64,000 nucleotides of DNA from an uncultured Actinomycetes bacterium (GCA_963697125.1 CAVOMW010000012.1:6893-70892); one strand, 5' to 3'. Counted from the first letter of the stretch, positions 34,950 through 45,801 are shown. Numbers and translations are program-made. The notes: generated by a model from the letters alone, not told the origin.

Positions 34950-35358
34950 ATGGACACCGTCGAGACCCAATTGCCCAGCACGGTGAGCTCCCCCCAACTG
35001 GCTCGGGCGTTCCTCCGTACGGCGCTGGGAACATGGAAGCTCGACGGGTTCGGTGACGTCACCGAGCTGCTCGTCTCCGAGCTGGTCGCCAACGTCGTGA
35101 CCCACGTGGGCTCGCCGATGACGCTGCGGGTGCACCGCACGCCGTCGACCATGCGGGTGGAGATCGACGATCCGAGCACCGAGGTCCCGGTGGTTCGCCA
35201 CCCGGACGAGGCCGACGAACACGGCCGGGGCGTGCTGTTGGTCGACCAGCTGGCGAACGCATGGGGCGTCGAACCCCGAGACGACGGCAAGACGGTGTGG
35301 TTCGAGCTCGACGTGTCGACCGCGACCGAAGAGGTGCACCACCGCGCGACCGCACTGA
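34950..35358 (+). CDS. RsbW-like anti-sigma factor (HATPase_c_2)
   Basis: ELLVSELVANVVTH, EHGRGVLLV, WGVEP...GKTVWFEL; 3' end inferred. Confidence 0.88.
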
Positions 35359-35363
35359 CGCCG

Positions 35364-35658
35364 TCAGTCGTCGATCCAGTCCTGCAGTCCCACGGTCTCG
35401 AGCGCGAGGCGCGGCATGGCCTGCGGGTTGCGCAGTCGGAGCGCGCCGCCGTCAGCCGGAGAGACGCTTGTGCACGCCGACGAACACGCCGATGGTGCTG
35501 GAGTCGACGAAGGTGACGTCGGTGAGGTCGACGGTGACGACGCCCGTGAGGGGCGAGAGCACCTCGCGCAGGTCGTCCTTCACCGCGAGGTCGAGTTGTC
35601 CGGTGACGGTGACGACGGGCGCGGGACCGTCGTCGACCGAGAACTGCGCGTCGGTCAC
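35364..35658 (-). CDS. STAS-domain anti-sigma factor antagonist
   Basis: VTVTGQLDL...VDLTDVTFVDSSTIGVFV. Confidence 0.88.
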
Positions 35659-35751
35659 GCCACCGTTCTACCTCGCCGGGTGCGGACGACGTGGGCGGAG
35701 CCCGGCTCGGAGCGGTCGGGCCGATCCGCCTAGACTCGACGGGTTCCACCT

Positions 35752-35824
35752 GCGCTCGTAGCTCAACGGATAGAGCATCTGACTACGGATCAGAAGGTTG
35801 GGGGTTCGAATCCCTCCGAGCGCG
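35752..35824 (+). tRNA. tRNA-Arg (anticodon ACG)
   Basis: GCGCTCG/CGAGCGC acceptor stem, D-arm GCTC-AACGGATA-GAGC, anticodon arm TCTGA-CTACGGA-TCAGA, GGTTCGAATCC T-arm; no encoded CCA. Confidence 0.97.
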
Positions 35825-35883
35825 CTCACAGGCCCTCCGCGATGCCGTCCCGGTCGTGGTCCTCCTGCGTCTACCGTGTCGTG

Positions 35884-36882
35884 ATGCGCCGTGGAAGAGC
35901 GTCGGTGGCAGTGTTGGCATTGACGGTCCTGTCTTTGGGCGCTGCCGGTGTGCCAGCGGTGGCGCAGTCGGTGCAGGCAACGGCAACGCTGTCCGTACAC
36001 GTTCGTGGATTCGACGCGTCCCACTCCATGTACGGGCGCGGCGGACCGGACGTTGAAGGTGACGGTGGTGACGCCGGCGGTCGCGGGTCCGTCACCGGTG
36101 GTGTCTGGTTGGACCAGGGAGTGGCGCGTCGCAACGCGCGGTGGCGAAGGCCGATGCGGCTGCGCTCGCCGGCGCGAGGCTACGTCGGAGTTGCTCTCGA
36201 CTTCCCGTGCACGAACGCCCCGGGATTTTCGACGACCGACCCGACTGTTGCGCTCGACATCTACCACCAGCCCGGCGACGTGAGCTTCGTGCTCACCAAT
36301 CTGCTGTCCCTGAGCGCCTCGCCCGGAAACCCGCTGTCGGGCCTCCTCGATCCTGCACGGGTCGGTCTGGTGGGCACGTCGAGCGGCGCAATCACCGGCC
36401 TGCTGTTCTTCAACACCTGCTGCACCGACTCGCGCATCGGCGCGATCGAAGTCATCAAGGGTTTCCCGCCACCGACGACGACCGGGTTCCCCCTCACCGG
36501 GGAGTACGACTGGTCGCGGCCGATCGCAACCTACTTCTGGAGCGGATGCCTCGACATCGTCACCCCGTACGAGCTCGCATCCTCCGCATACGCGCATCTT
36601 GGCCCGCCCAAGGTCTTCGTCACCGACCCAACGGGAAGTCACGACACACCGCCAACGTTCCCCGACGGTACGACCGACGCATTCCTCGACCGCTTCGTCG
36701 CGGGCGACACCTCACCCGCGACCGCAGCACCGTTCCTCGCCGCGGACAACGACCCCTACTTTTCCTACGACCTCGGTGACTCGATCGCAGCCCACCCCGC
36801 AACCGCGGGCTGCGCGCAACCCGAAGCCACACCCGTGGCCGCGCCAGAAGCAATCGTGCTCGCGCCAACGTTCACTGGCTGA
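35884..36882 (+). CDS. Secreted alpha/beta hydrolase
   Basis: Signal peptide, QPGDVSFVL, DPARVGLVGTSSG nucleophile elbow, D(IVTPY) and H(DT) triad candidates. Confidence 0.75.
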   Translation: MRRGRASVAVLALTVLSLGAAGVPAVAQSVQATATLSVHVRGFDASHSMYGRGGPDVEGDGGDAGGRGSVTGGVWLDQGVARRNARWRRPMRLRSPARGYVGVALDFPCTNAPGFSTTDPTVALDIYHQPGDVSFVLTNLLSLSASPGNPLSGLLDPARVGLVGTSSGAITGLLFFNTCCTDSRIGAIEVIKGFPPPTTTGFPLTGEYDWSRPIATYFWSGCLDIVTPYELASSAYAHLGPPKVFVTDPTGSHDTPPTFPDGTTDAFLDRFVAGDTSPATAAPFLAADNDPYFSYDLGDSIAAHPATAGCAQPEATPVAAPEAIVLAPTFTG

Positions 36883-37771
36883 ACACACCCAGCACACTCC
36901 GCCCCGACAGGCGCAACCAGTCGGGCAGTTGCGCGCGGTCCAGACCCTGGTGTTGTGCCCACGCCGCGTGATGCCGAGGCACACGACGAGGATGGCGATG
37001 CCGTGGCCCAGCACCATCGCACCGAGGTGGAGACACACGCGAATTTGGAGACACAGACACGAGCGAAAGCGCGAGGAGTTCAACCGCCGACGCTGCGAAG
37101 CCCGCGCGGTTCCGGTCACGATCGGGTCGGCGCGAGATCGCGGATGCCGACCCAACCGCTTCGTCCCGCGAGCGCATCGTGCCTGGCGGCACGTCGGCCG
37201 GGTGGCGGACCCACCCGCTGTGGGCCGCAGATGCAGCCACGATGATGCGCAGTCGGGCGGCGCTCGACGGAGAGCGGTTCGTGACGCTGACCCAGTGCTC
37301 GAACACGGCCCTCCCGAGTCAGTCCGCGACTCGATACCGTCGAGGCAGCTCGGCACTCGCTCCGCAGTTCGCCGGTGGGTTCGACGCGGTCGTAGCCGAG
37401 CATGAACGACCCCCGCTCGCGCCACCGGCTCATGCTCCGCGAGCGGCGTCTGGACGCGCAGATCGCCAACGGGTGGAACGACGCCCCCGTGGGTGCACCG
37501 GGTGCTCGGGCCCTCTGCGCGTCGACGTACCAGTACTGGCGGTACGACCGTCACGTGGCCACCTGAGCGCGCAGTCCACTACGAGGTGCCCGGGGTGAGC
37601 TCTCCCGGCCGACAGCCAGTGTGCAGCCTCGGCGGCCGGCCGACCTGCGCTCGCGGCGAGCGAGGAGCTGCCGCGCCGACCATGGCCGCTTCGAGCTCAC
37701 TCAGGAGCGGCTCCTCCGCCGAGCAGGTCGTGGAATTTCGATTCTGGAACAGTTTTGCTAGAGTCTGTGAG

Positions 37772-38226
37772 GTGCTGGAACCCAGCGACACCACCGTCGA
37801 AGAGCCCGTCGCCGAACCGCCTGTCGTCGAACCACCCGTCGTCGAACCCCGAGCGGAGATCGCGCGCATCGGCGACGTCCAGGTGGAACCGCAGCGGGAC
37901 GGCTACTCGGTGACGGTGCGCCTGAACGCGTCACCGCCCGATGCTGATTGGGTGAAGCTCTTCGAGCACCCGCCGGTGCTCACGCTGGTGCCTCCCGCCG
38001 CGTCGACCCACGATCGCCGATGCCACCATCTCGATCGTGGTGCGCAACGAGGAGCAGATGAGCGCGAGCGTCCGCTACGTGGAGCTCGCGATCGCCGAGG
38101 CGAACCAGGTGTACAACGACGAGGTGCTGCCTCGCCGTGAGCGGCATCGACAGCTTCGCGACGCCGCGCGATCGCGCGACGAGGTCGGGCTCGACGCCGA
38201 TGGCCCGCGCCGCGAACGCGCTGTAA
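37772..38226 (+). CDS. Hypothetical protein with N-terminal EPPVV repeats
   Basis: Coding-like frames joined across a frameshift; AT-rich upstream region. Confidence 0.5.
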
Positions 38227-38246
38227 CTCAGCCGCGACGTTTCGCG

Positions 38247-38432
38247 TTAGTCGGGCACTTCGATGCTCGGTGGCCCCGCGCGGCGCTGACGTGCGGACAC
38301 CATGCCGAGCTCCTCGAGCTTCGACCACCGCTTGTCGTCGCGCTCGAGGTACGACCTCGCCTGCCAGAGCGGCAGCCACGCGGTCGACGCGAACGGACTG
38401 TGGTACCGCACCAGACTCCGGGAATCGCTCAC
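38247..38432 (-). CDS. Small hypothetical protein (61 aa)
   Basis: GTGA-coupled to the upstream micro-ORF. Confidence 0.35.
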   Translation of the reverse strand: MSDSRSLVRYHSPFASTAWLPLWQARSYLERDDKRWSKLEELGMVSARQRRAGPPSIEVPD

Positions 38433-38608
38433 GACGTGACCCCGACCGGCGCGCTCATGCGCAGCAGGGCCAGCAGCTCGCCGAGCCGCTCGTCGATGGC
38501 CAGCAACGCGTGCACCTGGGCAGCGGTGAACGACTGTTCGGCCGACAGCACGGGGTTGCGTTGCGCGTTGGCGAGCGCCGCCTCTGCCGCGTCCCGATGG
38601 TCGCTCAT
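38429..38608 (-). CDS. Small hypothetical protein (59 aa)
   Basis: MSDHRDAAEAALANAQRNP...AQVHALLAIDERL; ATGA-coupled to the upstream ORF. Confidence 0.55.
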   Translation of the reverse strand: MSDHRDAAEAALANAQRNPVLSAEQSFTAAQVHALLAIDERLGELLALLRMSAPVGVTS

Positions 38609-38856
38609 GCCGCGTCGCGCTTCCGGGAACGTCGCAGGCGGTCGAGACCGGAGAGGCCGGCCGTGCGCACGCCGTTCGAAGCCTTGGCCGGCGCGTCGGC
38701 GGAGTAGGAGTTCAACGCTTGGAGCGCGGTGGTCGCGGCGAAGTCGTTCGAGTGACGAGTGAGTCGGTCGAGGAGCACCCGCCGGGCCGCGTCGAGGTCA
38801 CCGGTGTCGACGGTGGCAGCCCCGAGAGCGAGGTCGAGGTCGTGGCGGTCGGTCAT
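38605..38856 (-). CDS. Small hypothetical protein (83 aa)
   Basis: MTDRHDLDLALG...; GAGG RBS. Confidence 0.55.
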   Translation of the reverse strand: MTDRHDLDLALGAATVDTGDLDAARRVLLDRLTRHSNDFAATTALQALNSYSADAPAKASNGVRTAGLSGLDRLRRSRKRDAA

Positions 38857-38940
38857 GCGCCTCACGCTAGCACTCAATCTCTAGAAACAACTTGCGAGTA
38901 AATGAAGCCGTTTCCCGTTCCCGATGGCTACGATCCCGCG

Positions 38941-39271
38941 ATGCCAGCCTGGCACTTCCTCACCAACCACGCGGCGGGTGCTGCTGTGCATCGCACGCGA
39001 TCCTGGTGTCCGCCTGCGCGAGATCGCGGCGACGCTCGACATCACGGAGCGGACCGCATTCGGTGTGGTCGCCGATCTCACCGAAGCCGGATACGTGATC
39101 AAGGAGCGCGACGGCCGTCGCAATCGGTACGAGATCCAGCACCACCTCCCGTTGCCCGACCCGGCGAGCGAAGAACGCACCGTCGGCGAGCTGCTCGAGC
39201 TCCTCGGCGGACGTGACGTGCGCCGGACGGCTCGTCCGAAGCGCGCGTCGCCCCGGAGTGCCCGCGCCTGA
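38941..39271 (+). CDS. Winged-helix transcriptional regulator (MarR/AsnC-like)
   Basis: WHFLTNH..VLLCIARDPGVRLREIAATLDITER...GRRNRY. Confidence 0.85.
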
Positions 39272-39281
39272 CCCTTGGTAC

Positions 39282-39330
39282 ATGATATATCATTGGTTAG
39301 CGTCGTAAAACGTGATATATTAATGATCAC
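39282..39330. promoter_or_regulatory. AT-rich promoter/operator of the HipBA-type operon
   Basis: Perfect palindrome ATGATATATCAT (39282-39293) and a second TGATATAT 30 bp downstream. Confidence 0.6.
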
Positions 39331-39353
39331 CTCACGGACGTGAAGGGTGATCG

Positions 39354-39684
39354 ATGCGTAAGGTCCATTCGTACTCTCCCCAGACGCTGCAGGTGGCGGA
39401 GATCCTCGGGACGGAGATCGCGCGTGCACGCCGGGCTCGCCGTTTCACCCAGGCAGAGCTCGCCGAGCGCGCCGGAATCTCGGTGAGCACACTCAGCAGT
39501 GTCGAGCGCGGCTCGCCCGCGGTGTCGATCGGGATCGTCCTCGAGGTGGCGACGCTGCTCGGCATCGACCTGCTCGGTGACGAGTCGCCTGATCTGCAGG
39601 CTCGCGTCGCCCGAGCCCAGGACCGTCTCCGCGCTGCTCCCGTCGCGTGTTCGAGCGCGTCCCGTCGTCGATGACGACTTCTGA
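39354..39684 (+). CDS. XRE-family HTH antitoxin (HipB-like)
   Basis: FTQAELAERAGISVSTLSSVERG; overlaps the hipA start. Confidence 0.82.
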
Positions 39685-40953
39685 CATGCCCGACGAGGCA
39701 TACGTCTGGGTCTGGCTGCCTGAAGCGACGGAGCCGGTGGTGGCCGGTCGAGTCTGGCGCGATGGCGAGCTGTTCTGGTTCACATACGGTCGCAACTACC
39801 TGGATCGTGCGAATGCGATGCCCCTGTATCTGCCCGAGCTTCCCCTCATCGCGGGCACGCACCGGCCGCTCGGGGCGATGGCCATCGCCGGTTGTCTCCG
39901 CGACGCCGGCCCGGATGCGTGGGGCCAGCGGCTCATCCTCGCTCGTCATGGTGGAGGTCTCGACTCCCACGATGCTGGTGAACTCGAACGTCCTCACCTT
40001 TCTCCTCGAATCGGGAAGCGATCGGATTGGAGCCCTTGACTTCCAGACCAGTCCTGATGAGTACATCGCGCGCACGACGAGCGCGCCGCTCGAGGAGATG
40101 CAGAACGCGGCGGAGCGGTTGTTCCGCTCACCGGCCGAGCCGACTCTCGCCCGAGCTGGACGCCGCGTTGAACGTCGATCGGGGGTGCACGCCCGAGGTG
40201 GGCCTCCTCCACGATGACCGAGCTACCGGTCCGGCGTGGGACCTCATCGCCAAGCTCTCCGTGCAGAGCGATCCCTACCCTGTGGTCAGGGCTGAGGCTG
40301 ATGGGCATGGATCTGGCTCGGCGAGGGGTCTCGATGTCGCGATCGACTCGGCTGATCGATTCCATCGACGTCGGACGCACGTCCTGCTCGTGGAGCGCTT
40401 CGATCGTCCGCTCCTCGATCCCGAAGGCGGACGGGTCGGCCGGTCGATGATGGTGTCGGCATTGACGATGCTCGAACTCGACGAGTTCGAGGCGAGAGTA
40501 TGCCACCTATCCAGATCTCGCCGATCTGATACGAGGTCGGTTCACGAACGCAGACGCGACGCTCCGCGAGCTCTTCGCCAGGATCGTCTTCAACGTCTGC
40601 ATCGGCAACACCGACGACCACGCTCGCAATCACGCTGCGTTCTGGGACGGATCAGCGCTCACGCTGACTCCCGCCTACGACCTGTGTCCGCAACTCCGGA
40701 GCGGCGAGACCGCGGCACAAGCGATGGCGATCGGTCGGGACGGCAGCCGGGCGTCACGCTTCGCGGTGTGCCGCCGCGTCGGACGTGTACCACCTCAGTC
40801 GCGCCGAAGCCGAGGCGGTCATCGACCATCAAGTCGGCGGTCATCACTGACCAATGGAACGAAGCCGCGGACGCAGCACGATTGACGCGAGCGGAGCGCG
40901 ACCAACTCTGGGGGCGACAGATCCTGAACCGTGCGGTCCACGACCCGGACTGA
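39671..40953 (+). CDS. hipA: HipA-family kinase toxin (type II toxin-antitoxin)
   Basis: AYVWVWLP...FTYGRNYL, DAGPDAWG, SDRIGALDF, SIGGARP, LLVERFDR, GNTDDHARN, LTPAYD. Confidence 0.88.
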
Positions 40954-41068
40954 CGGGTGGACCGTCGACGCGATTCCGGAGTGCCGCGACCCGGCTCGGT
41001 TCGCGACACTGGTGGGATGGGATCGGCGCGCACCGCGGGAAGGCGAGGGCCCACCAGCCGTCTCGGTG

Positions 41069-41804
41069 GTGAGCAGGTCACGCTCGGGCCGCCCGGTCGA
41101 CACGCCGGTCGACACGCCGGCCGGGCAGCTCGCGCTCGGGATCGTGGCGGCAGCGCCGGCGCGCACCGTGGTGGAGCCCCGTCCGGGCATCGTCCTGATC
41201 CCCGACTGGCTCGACCTCGACGCCCAACGCGCGCTCGTGACCGAGTTCCGCGGGTGGGCGCGTCCGCCGGCCGGGCTGCGCCATCCGCGCGTGCCCACCG
41301 GTCACCTGATGAGCACGCAGGCGGTGTGTCTCGGTTGGCACTGGTCGCCGTACGCGTACAGCCGCACCGCGGACGACACCGACGGCGCGCCGGTGAAGCC
41401 GTTGCCCGCGAGCGTCACCACGCTCGCGCGCGCCGCGGTGGCGGACGCGTACGGCGCGGACAGCGTCGAGGCGCGTGCGTTCACGCCCGACGCCGCGATC
41501 GTGAACCGCTATCCCGACGGCGCCAAGCTCGGATTGCACCAGGACGGTGAAGAGCCGTCGGACGCGCCGGTGGTGACGATCAGCCTCGGCGACACGTGCA
41601 CGTTCCGCTTCGCCGGTGTCGACCGCCGCGTCGGTCCGTTCCTCGACCTCGAGCTGCGCAGTGGCGACCTGCTGGTGTTCGGGCGTGAGGAACGGCGCGT
41701 GTTCCACGGCGTGCCCAAGGTGTTTCCCGCGCACCGCGCCACCCGGGCTGGGACTGCCGCCCGGTCGGCTCAGCATCACGGTGCGCGAGACCGGCTTCTC
41801 TTGA
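41069..41804 (+). CDS. alkB: AlkB-family 2OG-Fe(II) dioxygenase
   Basis: PDAAIVNRY, LGLHQD, ISLGD.C.FRF, FHGV, RLSITVR. Confidence 0.85.
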
Positions 41805-41836
41805 AGGTCGGCGCTTGAACGGTCGGCTCTTGAACT

Positions 41837-42366
41837 TCAGCCCTGCGGTGCGCCGGTGAGCATCGCCGGCGTGCTCAAGACGAACCGCTCGGCCCAGTGC
41901 GGCAGCCGGTTGCGCACGACCCGCGCCCGGTTGGGGGCGACGTTGCCGGCGGCGACGGCGCGATCCACCTTCGCGCTCGCGTCGCGCACCACCGCGTCGA
42001 CGACCCGTCGCGAGGGGATGCCCGCGTCGGCGGCCACCGCGGAGATGGTGCGGCCGTCGTCGACGGCGCGCCGCAGCTCGTCGGGCGCGATGCCGATCGC
42101 GGTCGCGGCGACGTCGAGCTCGTTGCGCGCCAGGCGCTGCAGCAGCTGACCCGAACGTCCGCCGGCGCGTCCCGGGCGCCGGGCTCGCGCTCCTGAACGT
42201 TCGCATGCGGCGCTGCATCGTCAGCAGCATCGCGATCCGCAAGCTCGCCATCACCACCAGGACGATGCCGATCAGGGTCGCGCCCGCGGCCAGGAGCGCG
42301 ATCCCGGCCACCAGGCCGACGCCGACGATCGCCCAACGGATCGTCCTCACCGTGTTCCACTGCATG
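41837..42366 (-). CDS. Hypothetical membrane protein
   Basis: Two N-terminal TM helices followed by a helical domain (GRTISAVAADAG). Confidence 0.6.
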
Positions 42367-42491
42367 TCGTCGCCTCCGCGGCTCGATCCGAGGGGTTGAT
42401 CTACCCCGAGAGTCGTCCCGCTGATCCCAACGACGATCAACGCTTTGTGAAGGAATTGTGAGGAGTGGTCAGGCCACCAGCATCTGCTGCA

Positions 42492-42932
42492 TCAGCTCGG
42501 CATCTGGATGAGCTCGACGACCATGCCGTTCAGCGCCGGCACCTCGAGGTAGCCGAAGGACACCTCACCGACGTGGCCTTCCATGACGAGGGAGCAGCCG
42601 GCGGCCTGCATCTGGTCGCGGGTCCCGGTGAAGTCGCCGACGGGGTACCGCACGTGGTGCAGGCCCTCGCCGTGCTCGGCGATCCAGGGCACGGTCGGCC
42701 ACCCGCCCGAGACCACCTCGACCAGCTCGACCTCCAGCCCGGCGTTGCTCCCGATCCCCAGCCGCAGGCTCACCGTCTCCGGCTCGCCCCGCACGACGAC
42801 ATCCATCCCGGGCACGTCGATCGCCATGAACTCGCCGCCGAACATCGCCTGGTAGCGGGGGAGCGCGTCGTCGAGGCTCGGCACCGCGAACGAGATCTGG
42901 TCGATCGGTCCGAGACCGAACTGGGCGCTCAT
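42492..42932 (-). CDS. VOC family protein (methylmalonyl-CoA epimerase/glyoxalase-like)
   Basis: IDQISFAV, EVELVE, HGEGLHHV, VVELIQ. Confidence 0.85.
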   Translation of the reverse strand: MSAQFGLGPIDQISFAVPSLDDALPRYQAMFGGEFMAIDVPGMDVVVRGEPETVSLRLGIGSNAGLEVELVEVVSGGWPTVPWIAEHGEGLHHVRYPVGDFTGTRDQMQAAGCSLVMEGHVGEVSFGYLEVPALNGMVVELIQMPS

Positions 42933-44106
42933 ACCCGGTACAAGCGCGCCGCGTTCTCGCCCATCACCGCGCGCCGGCTCTCGGGACGGAGCGTGTTCAT
43001 CTTCGCGGCGACGGTCTCGAGCGGCGCGGGGTACAGACAGGTGGGGTGAGGGAAGTCGGTCTCGAACAGCACGCGGTCGTCGCCCACCTTGTCGAGCAGG
43101 CCCTGGACGTCGCCCTGGTTGGTCTCGAACCAGAACGTCGCGTACCAGTTGCTCCGGAAGTACTCCGACGGGAGCTTGCGTCGAGTGCCTTCGCCTGGTC
43201 GCGGCGCGTTCTCCAACAGCTCGTAGTCCATCGTCTCCAGGATGAACGGGATCCAGCCGATGCCGCTCTCGACCGACACCATCTGCAGCTCGGGGAAGCG
43301 GTCGAAGATGCCCGCGAACACGGTGTTGATCACGACGCGCGCGTTGTTGATGAACAACATCGAGCCGCCGATCGCCGGCTTCACGTACTCGTCCTGCGAC
43401 TCCCAGAAGTAGTTGCCGTAGAAGTCCATCGCGGTGTTGCTCGACCCGATGTGGAAGTGCACCGGCAGGTGCAGGTCGGCGCACACCTCCCACAGCGGGT
43501 CCCACGCGCGGTTCGCGAGGTCGGGCGAGCCGAGGTCCTGGGGGTCGGACGTCATGTTGATGCCGCGCGAGCCCGTGCGTCGCGCACCGCATCGTCTCCT
43601 GCACGCAGAGGTCGACGTCCCACGCGGGCATGACCGGCATGGGGAGGAAGCGGAGGTTCGAGCTCTCCTGCAGCTCCGCCATCGCGTCGTTGTAGATCTC
43701 GATGCACAGCAGGCGCAGCTTCTCGTCCTTGACGTTGTTGTTGATGTTGCCGCCGCCGAGGCCGACCGCGTTCGGGAAGAGCACCTGCGCGTGGATGCCG
43801 CACTCGTCCATCACCTGGAGGCGCGCCTCCGGATCCCACGCGCCCGCGGTGCACCCAGTCGTGGCCCTTGTCCATCGAGTCGAGGAACGGGATCTTGCTC
43901 TTGTCGCGTGCGACGACGCCGCCGCCCTTGGCGAACCCGAGCTCGACGCCGTCGACCACCCAGCTCGGCCCCTCGTCGCGCTGCTCGATGTGCAGCACGC
44001 GGTCCTTGTACGCGGCCGGCGCCCGACTGGTCCAGAGGTCGTAGGGCTCGGTGAAGTGCGTGTCGGCGTCGATGACCCGGAGGCCGTCGTCAGCGAGCGT
44101 GGCCAT
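42929..44106 (-). CDS. Amidohydrolase family protein (Amidohydro_2)
   Basis: IDADTHFTEP, YNDAMAE, VHFHIG, VESGIGW, FETDFPHP. Confidence 0.9.
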
Positions 44107-44255
44107 GGGAGCGGACCTCCTCGCGCCCGAGAATTGGGCGGTGTCCAACGCATCGTAACCACGTCATCTCGAAGGCCGTATCCCGACGAGGCGTGCCGAC
44201 GTTGACAGGGGTGTGGGGGGTCGGCACGGAGTGCACCCGAACCGGAGGACCAACG

Positions 44256-45190
44256 ATGTCGAGGACCATTCGTCGCTGTGCCCGAGCGCTCGCTGCCGCG
44301 TTGGCCGTGTGCGGGATCCTGGTGATCGCCGCGCCCGCGGCATCGGCGGACCCGAAGATCCCGTTCAGTCAGGACGTCTACGCCGTGCACGCACCTGGCG
44401 AAGTCGGGACTGGACATCACGGTGCCACCGGGACAATTCGACGGCACCATCGATCTCGCCACCGGTGAGGAGACCGGCACGCTCACGCTGCCGCCCGCGA
44501 CGGTCACGATGAACCTGTTCGGGCTGATCCCCCTTGCCGACGCGTCGTTCGTGATGGCACCCGCGGGTCCGATCACCGGCCACGTCGACCTCGCGAACGT
44601 TCGCGGTGGACACCACGGCGTCGTTCAACGTCAAGCTGGCCAAGCTCACGCCGCACGGCACGAACGTCAACCTCGTGGGCGACGGCTGCACGACGATGTC
44701 GCCGATCTCGGTTCGCATGCAGGGCGTGGTGAACCCCGCGACCGGCGGGACCTTCGCGAGCACCTACACGATCCCGCAGTTCCAGGACTGTGGACTCCTG
44801 ACGCCGGTGATCAGCGCCCTCGTGTCGGGCCCGGGCAACACGTTCGTCGCCAGCTTCGCGGCGCACGGGTCGCCGCCCCCGTCGGCGCCGAGTGATCCCA
44901 CCCCGGCTCCGCCCGCGCTCGCGACGATCGATGCGCACGGTTCGGTGACCGTCGGCGGTACGCCGGCCGGCGACACGACGCTGCCGATCGACCAGCACGT
45001 GGAGATCCCGGGACCGGCGACTCCACCCCTGATCACCGCGACGCCGGCCCCGGAACCGACGACGACCACCTCGCCGGTTCCACCCGTCCCGGTTCCGCCC
45101 GTGACTGCTCCACCGGTCCCCGCACCACCGGTCCCCGCATCACCCGTGGGCCTCGGCGACCTCCTGGGTTCACTGCTCGGGGGCGGCTGA
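44256..45190 (+). CDS. Secreted beta-rich protein with a Pro/Thr-rich tail
   Basis: GGAGG RBS, signal peptide ending APAASA, CTT...IPQFQDCG, PPVP repeats. Confidence 0.7.
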
Positions 45191-45233
45191 CGCTCGCCCC
45201 CGCCGCGGGCAGGGTGCGCCGCGGGGGCGGGCG
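45191..45233 (+). terminator. GC-rich hairpin after the secreted-protein gene
   Basis: cgctcgcccccgc...gcgggggcgggcg inverted repeat. Confidence 0.45.
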
Positions 45234-45239
45234 CGGTAC

Positions 45240-45291
45240 CCGCGTTCAGATCGCGTCAACTCGCGACGCATCCGCGTTCAGAACGCGTCAA
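45240..45291. repeat. 20-nt direct repeat (possible operator)
   Basis: ccgcgttcagatcgcgtcaa at 45240 and ccgcgttcagaacgcgtcaa at 45272. Confidence 0.7.
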
Positions 45292-45366
45292 GACCCTGGA
45301 ATTTCTGAGATGCCCGCGCGTACGTGTCCTCGAGTGGTCGTCATCGACCGACGGGAGGCGCACGCG

Positions 45367-45801
45367 ATGAGGATGCCCGGGTACGCACACGACGACATCG
45401 GTGAGCTGGAGGCCAGCGGCGTGCTCCTGGTGCACGGTCGGCGGGTCCAGCTCACACGACGCGAGGGTCTCGTGGTCCGCCGCCTCCTCGACGCGGCGCC
45501 GGACCCGCTGTCGGTGAGCGAGTTCGCGTGCGACTTCTGGCCGACTGGTCCACCGACGGAGGCCGGCCGCCGACGTGCCGTCGCGGTACTGCGTCGCCAC
45601 CTCGCACACGTCGGCCTCGCGCTGCGCCTTCGGCCCGGGATCGGCTACTCGCTCGAGGTGTCCCCGTGGACGCTCGACGGTGACGACAGCGAGTCGACCC
45701 GCGGCAGCAACGGTGCCGACCCGAACGCGGCGAGCACGGCGTCGACGATCGGCGCGATGTCGGGCGCCCGCACCGGCGTCTGCGCCACGACGCGCCGGTA
45801 G
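45367..45801 (+). CDS. Stand-alone OmpR/PhoB-type winged-helix DNA-binding protein
   Basis: GRRVQLTRRE...LRRHL...GIGYSLE; GGGAGG RBS; no receiver domain; 3' end overlaps tetR. Confidence 0.65.
   Translation: MRMPGYAHDDIGELEASGVLLVHGRRVQLTRREGLVVRRLLDAAPDPLSVSEFACDFWPTGPPTEAGRRRAVAVLRRHLAHVGLALRLRPGIGYSLEVSPWTLDGDDSESTRGSNGADPNAASTASTIGAMSGARTGVCATTRR

Noticed and set aside
36890-37770. Possible ncRNA or small genes in the gene-poor stretch
   Set aside because: No recognisable RNA motif or convincing ORF by eye; an Infernal/Rfam search is needed.
41093-41122. 12-nt tandem repeat (PVDT x2) at the alkB start
   Set aside because: In-frame low-complexity duplication with no further signal.
41800-41835. 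Three CTTGAA(C)GGTCGG units between convergent genes, considered as a mini-CRISPR
   Set aside because: Units are 14-15 nt with no spacers and no cas genes; this is a simple tandem repeat.
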